Assembly: GCA_051362555.1 (NCBI GenBank)
Contig: CM120641.1
Span: forward strand, 36,524,401-36,588,400
Length of the DNA stretch: 64,000 nt
Direction of reading: 5' to 3'
Source: Lingula anatina
Taxonomy: Eukaryota > Animalia > Brachiopoda
The position numbers and the translations under genes are program-made. The notes under the pieces were generated by a model, which saw nothing but the letters and a program-made list of their open reading frames with translations, was not told the origin of the DNA and searched no databases. Within the stretch, counting starts at the first letter, position 1, and each line of letters starts with the position of its first letter. Positions 55,001 to 64,000 of the stretch are shown one piece after another.

Positions 55001-58000
55001 ATAGCTTCAAAATCATTTTACTACACGAAAGATGGAAAGAAAATGGAACATAGTCCAAAGGTTCTTGGTTGTGTGAAAGATACTCTTGTGCCTGTCTCAA
55101 ATTCCCACAAGCGTGAACTGTTTGCTGTAATTGCTGGATTAAAAGCAGAGGGTGGATCAGATCACAGGTTAGAAGATAAGATGTTTCAGGCCTTTATTAG
55201 TTTATAAATATTTGACCTGTCAGGTTTATCCATATGTCCATTAAACTGCTTGGTTATAACCAGCCTATTGATTTTATCATAAACTTTCAAAATTTAAAAT
55301 TAAAGTTATCAAGATATTTTTGATGATTTGGTTGTATAAAGTATTGGTTATAACCAAAAACAGTTACACCTTTGAATGCTTGGTATTAAGCAAGTGACAA
55401 GTTGATTTCAATTTGTCAGGGTCCATTGCTTTACCTCGTGTTGAAGGCTCTGGGTGTCACATATTGCAGTTGACATCCACTAAAGTGCTATATGTATGTG
55501 TTTTTAATAGACTACTCATAACTTTGTCACAGTTGCACATTTAAGACCAAGCCAAGCAATAATGATTAAATGTTATTTTTCATGAAATGATTAATTTTAG
55601 GGCTTCTTCTTGTTGTTGTTTCTAGAGTAGCTTTTCAGATGGCATTTAGTCTATTGAACAACTCTAAGAGTGGCTGCCAGTCTTTTATAGTTTTCATTAC
55701 TGATGGTGATGACAAAGACAGGGATCAGAGGTGCAAGCCAGGTATGTGATTTTTAAAAGAATTTTATGGTGTAAATGATTAACATGATGTGTTTTTATGG
55801 CTAAAATGTACTGATAAAATGTGCAATTGATAATATGCCAAATTTCAATTGGGACAAAGGATAAAAAAAAAAAAAGAATATGACCTTTGTCCCTTGTCTT
55901 ATATAGTACATACATATACCAGCTGGGTATTGCATACTGAAAGAGTGTATTTTAGCAAATGAAGCTGTTTGTAAGTGTTTCTTCAACTCCCAAACTAAAA
56001 AAAGAATTATTATGTTAGAGAAGAAGCCATGTAAGTGAGTTATAGATATCTAATGATTGATTTTTAAGGTGCTGTTCTTTTTTTTGTGTTGAAACATTAC
56101 TTTTTTAATTATACCATATTGTGTCATTTGCAGGTTATTACAGATATGATTCAGAAAATAAGCGTTACTTTGTCCCTGGAGATTTCTGTATTTACCACTA
56201 CAAAAAGCTTGTTGTTCAAGTTAGAGGGCTAAAAGAGGAATATACACAACAAAAAGTGAGGGTCATATTATTTTTTTTTCTTACTGGTTATATATTTTAC
56301 ATTACTTTATGAATGGCTTGTTGGAAAATATAATATATAACTGTGTCTGTGTGCAACATTGTTGATGTATCTCATTAACAAGGTAAACAGCAAATGTTTG
56401 CAAAACATTTTCAAAAAAATCCTGAGATTTACTAGGTGAAATTAACCATAAATAATGTCCTGTAAAATGGTTGAAAACTTGAAATGGTTTGCACACTTAG
56501 CTCTGAAAGTAAGACAAAGGGTTTTGTTTATTTTACATTTTAAAATAAATCCTACTGTTGTAGCCCATATTGTTCACCATCTTGGTAAGTTCTGTGAAAG
56601 ACGCAGACCTACAGAGACTAGCTTGTGAGAACGATGGCTCCCTGATGAGAGTGAACAGTGATTACAACCTCCCAGAGCAGCTCAGTGATTATTTCAGCCA
56701 TATTGAGGCCAGTTCAGCCTCCCATCAAGCTGTGTGGTCATCCCCTTATTTAGACCACGATGGCCTAGGACTGATGGTCACCGTAGCAGTGCCTGTCTAT
56801 AGCTACTTTACTGATCAGTGAGTGAATCTAATGGTATTATTAAGTCTTGCTTCACCCTTAAATTTTAATGTTCATCTATGTTTATGATTGCATACTTGAT
56901 TTGGCTAGAGAAAAAACAAAAACTAGTTTGATTGTTTAACATTGACCGATAAAAATTATTTTTTTGCGAATGAATTTTTAGAAAGTTTACTCTGATATCA
57001 AAAACAGTTGATATATTTTGCAATTTGGTGGTGTTATACTTAATAAAACATATGGTTACATTGGCTAAGTTGCTTACAGTGTATGTCCTGATTAAGAAGT
57101 GAAATTAAGGTATGAAATTGAGGGTTTTTGAATTGGTAAATCTTCTAATTAATATTATACCTGCACAAGATTATGAAATACATTGTTATTTTGCTGTGAA
57201 TTTTCAGATTTCTAGGTGTTGTTGGTATAGATTTTACACTTGTAACTCTGGAAGAACTTGTGTTACTGGAGACCTGGGGAACTGCTTATGCTTTCATTGT
57301 GGATGTAGATGCACATGCTGTGGTCCATCCATCTATGAAGTCTTCAACAGATGTGAGTGTCTGTGGTTTCTTTAACTTCAGTATTTTTTTTAATACCATG
57401 TGCAAGCATGACAGAAATTTATATTGGTTGTTGTGGTTGTTTTTCTTATGGTACAATAATTAATTTATCTTTGATCATGAGATCCTGATATTGGAAGATA
57501 ATTCAAAATTTGAAAATATGTATTAGTGTGACTTTTTCTATATTTTTTACAGTTGAAAGACGACCCAATATTTCTGAAGATCTGGGAGCTTGAAGTTAAC
57601 CATCTGACTGAGGAGTTTTTTGCTGCAGCACTTATGATGGTAGGAAATGAGACAGGAGACTATAGGATTACTAACAATGCCCAAAGAGCATATCACGTCC
57701 ATGGTGAATTGATTTGGAAGCCCACTGAGCATATACATTATTTCTTCACTCCTTTAGAAGGTGAGAAGTAATGCACTTTAATTATCAGGAGCACACCAAC
57801 AGTTTCTATGACCTATAAAGTTCTGAACAAGTTAATAATTTTATAATCTAGATGAAAATGGCACTCTTTATCTGATAAATATGCTAAAATTCAGAAGTAT
57901 TAGCATTATTGAAAAAAAAAAGGATTGTATAGATACTGTATGGAGGGTTCACTTTTAATCAGCAGGGCCTTGGTGTTAGTTGATTTGGTTGTGCTTATAT

Positions 58001-61000
58001 TTTCCCTCAAAAAATTTGCCCCCCTTTTTTAAAAAGAATTCTCTTTTCTCTCTTATCATCTATTCATTCAGTTTTAAATTTCAATCAACCTGTGGATGGT
58101 TAATTATGATAGCTTAATGAATATTAAATTGATTGTAGGAGCAGACTTTTTCTTAGTGCTGAATCTAGCCAAAGTTGATGAAACCTTCAGATACCCAGAA
58201 GAGCCTACCAACTTTGTCTACAGCCGTGTCATACCAGACAAACATGTCATTTCTGATAAGAATCCTGTTATTTCATTGCTTGACCCCCCTGACCCCACCT
58301 CAGGTAACTTAATTGGTTATTGAATCAGTATGATAACAGAATATTGATGCATGCCATCTCAAAAGCCCATGATGTATAGCATATGGGGATGTTAAATATG
58401 TTTTTATTGGTTATTGAATCAGTATTATAAAAGAATATTGATGCATGCCATCTCAAAAGTCCATGGTGTATGGCAAACAGGGATATTAATTTTTTTTATT
58501 ATTTTGGTTGAATTGCAGGCCCATGGTTTTTAATGACCGGTATTTTGAATGATAAATTATAGAAGTATTTGTGGTATAGCTTATTGTTTGATTTTTAATG
58601 CATCACAGTCCTTAATGCAAATGTCTTTATATATTTTCAGGTCTCAAAAATTACTCATATATTCACATGACAAAGTGGTCCATGTGCAACTTATTTGATG
58701 ATGACATGGAGATGCATATCAATGCTTCCCAGTTAGAACAAAATTTAAATGCTGTGGATGGTGTTCAGGGCTGTCCTGAAGGAGGAATATTCAGGGTTGG
58801 CGTTCGGTAAATGTCTTTGGTTTCAGTAAATTTAATGAGCTCAAGTATACATTGTTTTATGAAGGGAAGCTTATATTACCAAAATCCAGTCTAAAGAAAT
58901 TTAAGCGATTTTTTTCTGCATCATTAATTATCTTCAACTCTTGTTTTGCTCAGAGGTAATGCATTTGCTCATCTTGTTTGTTTTAACAAAAATGATTAGT
59001 TTTAAACTTTTAAATGACAGAAATAGTAAATCTTTAATTTTTTAGACTGAAATATAAGACTAATTATATCTCTGATTGAAGCTAGTTTCACTTGTAGTTT
59101 GAAAAATCTGATGAAGCAAAATAAAATAGGCTTTTTGTATTCTAGTGCTGATGTTAAGATAACCTCACGATTAGAATCTCTTTGGAAAGCAAGAAACACA
59201 GAGCTTCAGAGACAGATTTCATCAACCTACATAGCCACTGCTACTGGAATGATGAGAATTTTCCCTGGAGACCAGATTCCCAGCAGCTATGATCCAACTA
59301 GGTGAAGTAGCATGAAGGTTTTTAGTCAGTTGCTTACAGCTTAGAGGAAAAGTGATTTGAATCCACATGAAAATGACAAGACTTTGTAAGCAAGAATTGT
59401 CTAAAAGGTACATGACCTTGCAAATTGTTGACTATAAAAGAAAATTGTATGTTTTGAAGATATTTTTGATTCTTTTTCCCTAATGGTCTGCATGTGTCTT
59501 GTTTTAAACAGGCGACTGTGGTATAATCTTGCACTGGTGCGTCCTGGCAGTGTGGTCATGTCCAACATCTACAGAGGAATTAAAGAAGGTCACAAAATAA
59601 TCACCCTCTCGAAAACTGTGCATTCTGGCAAACCAACAAAACCAGCTGAGTGTAACACTGGTAACACCACTTTTTATATTATTATGTTATATCTCCCTTT
59701 TATTTTGTACTCTTCTTTAAGAGATTGAAATAAGCAAATTATGGTGCTTCCTCAAGAGGAAATAGATGGATATAATGTTAAGGATATTGTTACCCTGAAA
59801 ATGATTTTTTTCCTGCGTCTATTTATTCAATAATGCTTCTATCTTTGGGCTGATTTAAAACAATGAAAAAACTTGCAAAAATATGAAATATCGGCTTTTA
59901 TATTTTTTCGTTGCAATGTATAAGCATAGGCAACTCAAAGCTTTAAATGTCAATTTAATACCTTTCTATTTTGAGGTGAGATAGCAATCAGTATGGGGCA
60001 TTAATTCATCCTTGAACAAGATTTTAGCATGAAAATTGGCAGAGTGGACCACAAGTGTATGAGCTAAAATCCCATGCCAGCATTTTAGTTTAAATGCTTT
60101 TGTTATGGAGTTATGCGTAATTACAGATTTTCATTAAACAAAGGGATTATTTTGCTTTATCAACAATAAAATCTGAACTAAGACTAAAAATCGGTGGCAG
60201 GATTTTGGTGTACTAAATAATGTTATCAAATCGGCATTGAAACGGTGATCGTGGATGCTCAGGCAAAAGAGACATTTCAGAAACCGATTTTTCAGTTTTT
60301 ACCCCAAAATCACGATGAGGACATCACTCATAGGATGACATATGGGTAAATGTTACTTAATTTAGTCACTGATCACTGGAGATTTATTTATTACCCAAAA
60401 GAATGTACCATATGTAAGGCAGTAAATACGGAGTTTTGGACAAGGAGTGACAATATCCTTAATGGTATTTTTCTTTGATAAAGACAGACAAAATTAACAA
60501 GGTGTTTAATAAGCGACAACTCTGCAAAAAGGATCAGTAAACAGAATGAATTTTTTTTGTATTTCAAATATATAATGTTTAACTGGAATAACAGCTAAAT
60601 TTTAGGGTCAGTTGGTGTTCCTATGGGAAAAGATGTTAAATCCTCAGTGTGGATGATTTTTGAGCATAAAAACCTCAGCATCAGAATGTGTTCTGGGATC
60701 AGCTGTAAAACTTTCCTACTTACATAATAGCATGCAGTGCAGTTTGACTATTTGAAAAAAGATGCCCTCAAAATTAGGTTTCGTCAGGTTTGTTATCAAT
60801 ATTGTCTTTACATGAATATTAGGATAAAAATTCAATAGTATCAAACTGCCAATAATTTTTTGTAAATCCCATATCTTTAATAATGTTTTACAGGTAAAAG
60901 AAGGCAGGATGGTTGTCCTTGTACAAACAATGCTGATTGTGGCTCTGAGTACTGTTATAACCAGTCCTGTGCCAATTCTGACGTTGTGGGTGTGGCTGGC

Positions 61001-63224
61001 CTTGACCTTCTGTATGTAGAGTTCTTCAAAATGGTCCAGAACATCACAAAGACTGGTTTAAATTCCGATTTCTGTGACAGAATATACAGTTGTGGGACTA
61101 ACAAAACCTGTACAACACTGTAAGTTAACTTTCTGAAGCTGTCACAGAAGCAAATTTAGATAATAATAATAATAATGGTATTTTCATCATGTGAATTGAT
61201 ATCAGAATATATTTTGGAAGAAAGTCTTAAGAGGGTAGCCATCTTTGAAGATTTATGTGGTCTAGTTGCAAGCACAGATTTCATTTTGGTGGTAAAATAG
61301 AATTTACCATATTTCTGTGTGTTGTGTACATTAATTGTATTTACATGTGTGGAATTTTTATCTCTTGTGAAGAGTTGTTTTCCTTTTAAATTCCCTTAAA
61401 ATTAAAAATGAAATAAAACATAGAATCCAAGTCCAAGAAGCAGTTATTTGTGAGTAGGAAATCCTGTGGTGTGGCCCTTTTAGCTTTTATTTTGGTCAAC
61501 AAGCTCATTTCTTTGGCATTGGTACTATAGATTTTTAAGGTTTTAAGATATGAAAAATTCATGCATTTTGGATTATGATTATCTGTTTATGTTGATTGAA
61601 ACAGATTAATGACTGAATTAAATTTGTGCTGCATGTGCTGTCAAATACAAAAACAAAATGTTATTTTATAATGGAGTTTAATACAAACTTAGGCTATCAT
61701 TATACAATATTCTAGGTGTTATCTGGTCAATGATGAGGTTCAATTAATCTTGGATTCCTCCTTTCTCACTGTGCCGGACTACTTTGAAACTCGCTATGGT
61801 GAGATATCTCTGGCCGAGCGCCATGGTTCAGTGGTACAAAAGCTTATGCAGAAAAAGGTGGTGATTCCCCTTACCCGTACTGATTTTGATGCTATTTGTC
61901 AACGATCCAATGACATACCAGAGGTATGTGCCTGACATAGAATTATTTTACAGAATTTTTTTAACTGTGCATAAAATGCAACCATCTTTTTGGTGTAATT
62001 GACATAAATATCAATATTGAATAATACTTAATGTGAATATAATATTATCTTTCATTAGTAAATTATTTTCACTATGGATATTGCTCTTTGCAAATTATGC
62101 CTTTTAAAAACATTTAAGGGTGTATATTGCCCTTTATGATTTACGGTTTCTTTTTGAGAATTTAAAATCTACACAAGGTTTTCATTCTTTTTTTTTTTTC
62201 AGAAAACTGACTTTGAAGATCCCTCAAAGAGAGGACCACTTCCACCATTTCAAAACGAATACGCCTGTATTAAAGCAAGGCAAAAGTACCACATTAATGG
62301 CACTGCTTTGGCTGAGCATGGTGGAAAAATAGTGGCAAACCTTGACAACGACCCCTGTGCTGATGGCACCTTTGTCTTTGTAATTATTCCTAACACCAAT
62401 ACTTACCTTTTGACCATCTTCAATTACTGGGAGAGAAAAACAGTTTTCAATTGGAACTGCCATCTCCTGAAAAGGTATGTTGTATTGATGTCAACTTATA
62501 AAAGTCCACACATTACGTGTAATTGGAATGATCAATATGCAGCTAGGTCATATTTTTTATGTTGATTTATTAATGTAAATCAAGTATATGACCCCATTCC
62601 CAGAGATTAGATCGATCCAACTAGATTGACCTAACTCCCTGGAGGTTCACGCTAAATAGCTGTCATCCAAGCGGGCACGAAAGTTAATTACCCCCTTACA
62701 GCTTGTAGTAGGCGGGACAGACATTTAAGCCAGATTATCTGACAGTAATCTAGTGAGACTCCCCACGGGGATAGATCGATCTAAAATATATGGGAATGCA
62801 CCCTAGGATAATGTTATATAAGAAAATAGCTGCAGGTGGACATTTCTAGAATGTTAGGCAATGTTGAAATTAGCTTCATGTACATAGCTCGTCTATTTAA
62901 TATTATTATAATGGTTCAAATTTCATTATCAGTTGACTTTAAAAAGAGGATTTGTTTATAAGTGAAGCCAGACCTAGTACCTTTCACTCTTTTTCTATTT
63001 CCAGTGTGTTTGTCCCCAAGTCATTTGAGGTTACCGAAGGGTTCTGTGAGCAGTCAGAAGTGGCAGTCCGCCACAATCCCATACAGCTGTTAACTAAAGA
63101 ATGTCCAGTTATTAAACCTGTGAAGCCTTTGTGTCCAGCTATCATCAGTACCGCCAGCACGTTATTGAGTTCACTGTATATGTCTCTTTTGATGAATTTG
63201 ATCTGGATCTCTTTAAGTAATTAG
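52089..63224 (+). CDS. Folate-receptor-domain plus alpha2delta/CACHD1-like VWA and Cache domain protein, about 18 exons
   Basis: Exon 1 52089-53055 (signal peptide, Cys-rich folate-receptor-like domain NCTWYKENSCC...YLMCYICAP...VCEGFCDSLYSAC, TM, second hydrophobic signal). Later exons give RWQYFGS, YDPRTRPWYIAA, VIIMDVSSSM, FITDG, LQRLACEN, WSSPYLD..GLGLMVTVA, TGMMRIFPG, YDPTRRLWY, IPNTNTYLL and a hydrophobic C-terminus; stop at 63224. Confidence 0.88.
53562..53729. mobile_element. 168-bp MITE
   Basis: TIRs caggggcggat ... atccgcccctg; tgtaaat duplicated on both flanks; internal ggaagacggtcaga about three times. Confidence 0.75.
58313..58500 (+). repeat. 94-bp tandem duplication (intronic)
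   Basis: ttggttattgaatcagtat...gatgcatgccatctcaaaag at 58313 and 58407. Confidence 0.85.
59782..60458. mobile_element. Non-autonomous TTAA-targeting DNA transposon (Kolobok-like)
   Basis: ttaa-ggatattgttac ... gtgacaatatcc-ttaa. Confidence 0.7.
62596..62797. mobile_element. About 200-bp MITE-like repeat, copy 2
   Basis: Colinear with and highly similar to 22294-22496. Confidence 0.75.
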
Positions 63225-63609
63225 GATATTTGGATTGTTTAGATACTCAAAATTATTTTGTTAGCTATCACTGTGATCTTAGCCTAGGTGAGATGTGAAC
63301 ATTAGTGTTGTTAGCCTTGAAGCTCACTACATCTTACACAAATTTGCCTAATTTCTATACCTTACTAACATCGAGCATGAATTTTTTTTTTTTTTTTTTG
63401 CATATACCAAAGGTCATTTACTTTTATTGATTGCAGATTCATTAATAAATATTTTCTAAAAGTCATGAAAATTTAATATGACTGTTTGATGTCAGAAACT
63501 TTATGGGGCTAAAATTTTTGGCTATTTATCATGGATTTTTATGATAGAGTGATCCCAGTACTGGACTCTGTGGAAAGAATTTATAAATTACAGTTTTCCT
63601 GATGCTATT

Positions 63610-64000
63610 TCACCAACTGATGAAGGGTTGTGAAGTGATCTGATGTACAGTTTTATAACCTATTGGTTTTCTGTATAAGAGGATCAGTTATTTGTTAATG
63701 CACATATATAATATAATTATTATACTAAAAATGCTCAGGGGTAAGGTTGCAAGAGATATAATTAAGGCATTTAGATTTGTATTTGTTTGTGTAATGGATT
63801 TGTAGTTGTAATTATTGTTTGCTTGGTGTTATAATCAGTATATTTTCAAACCCATTTTTTTTTTCTGAAAAGTAAATTTGTTATACCTTTCAAATGCCGA
63901 GCATTCCATCTGCTTTCTTTTTCATGTAATTCCTTTACCTTCTCCATCTGCTTTGTCCAGATTGATAGTGCCATAGAGAAGTACATGTTAATCAGCATTT
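63610..64000 (-). CDS. Possible last two exons of an unidentified minus-strand gene
   Basis: 64000-63887 is open in one frame (MLINMYFSMALSIWTKQMEKVKELHEKESRWNARHLK), donor AG|GTATAA, acceptor tatacAG, then 63670-63610 in phase (RKPIGYKTVHQITSQPFISW*). No family recognised. Confidence 0.35.

Noticed and set aside
52089-63224. Assigning the symbol CACHD1 or CACNA2D
   Set aside because: Domain architecture, MIDAS state and C-terminus differ; orthology cannot be established without a phylogeny.

Overview
AT-rich, intron-dense animal genomic DNA. Gene content and repeat families suggest a bivalve mollusc, probably an oyster (inference). Reading GT-AG boundaries by hand gives: (1) the 3' part of WDFY3/ALFY (+, about 43 exons; PH-BEACH, WD40, FYVE); (2) a 4-exon 196-aa orphan single-pass membrane protein (+); (3) RPS27 (-), head-to-head with (4) SLC38A10 (+), which has a pair of 103-nt mutually exclusive exons, a GC-AG intron and a ~300-aa Gln-rich tail; (5) TMEM220 (-), head-to-head with (6) an alpha2delta/CACHD1-like VWA-Cache gene (+) whose first exon also encodes a folate-receptor-family domain, a TM helix and a second internal signal peptide, i.e. 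an apparent two-protein polyprotein; (7) possibly the 3' end of another minus-strand gene. Introns carry two Helentron-type (HINE-like) elements with 146-bp tandem arrays, a foldback element and several MITEs. Two in-frame candidate cassette exons sit in a long WDFY3 intron. Exon coordinates were read manually and may be off by a few bases. No database searches were run.
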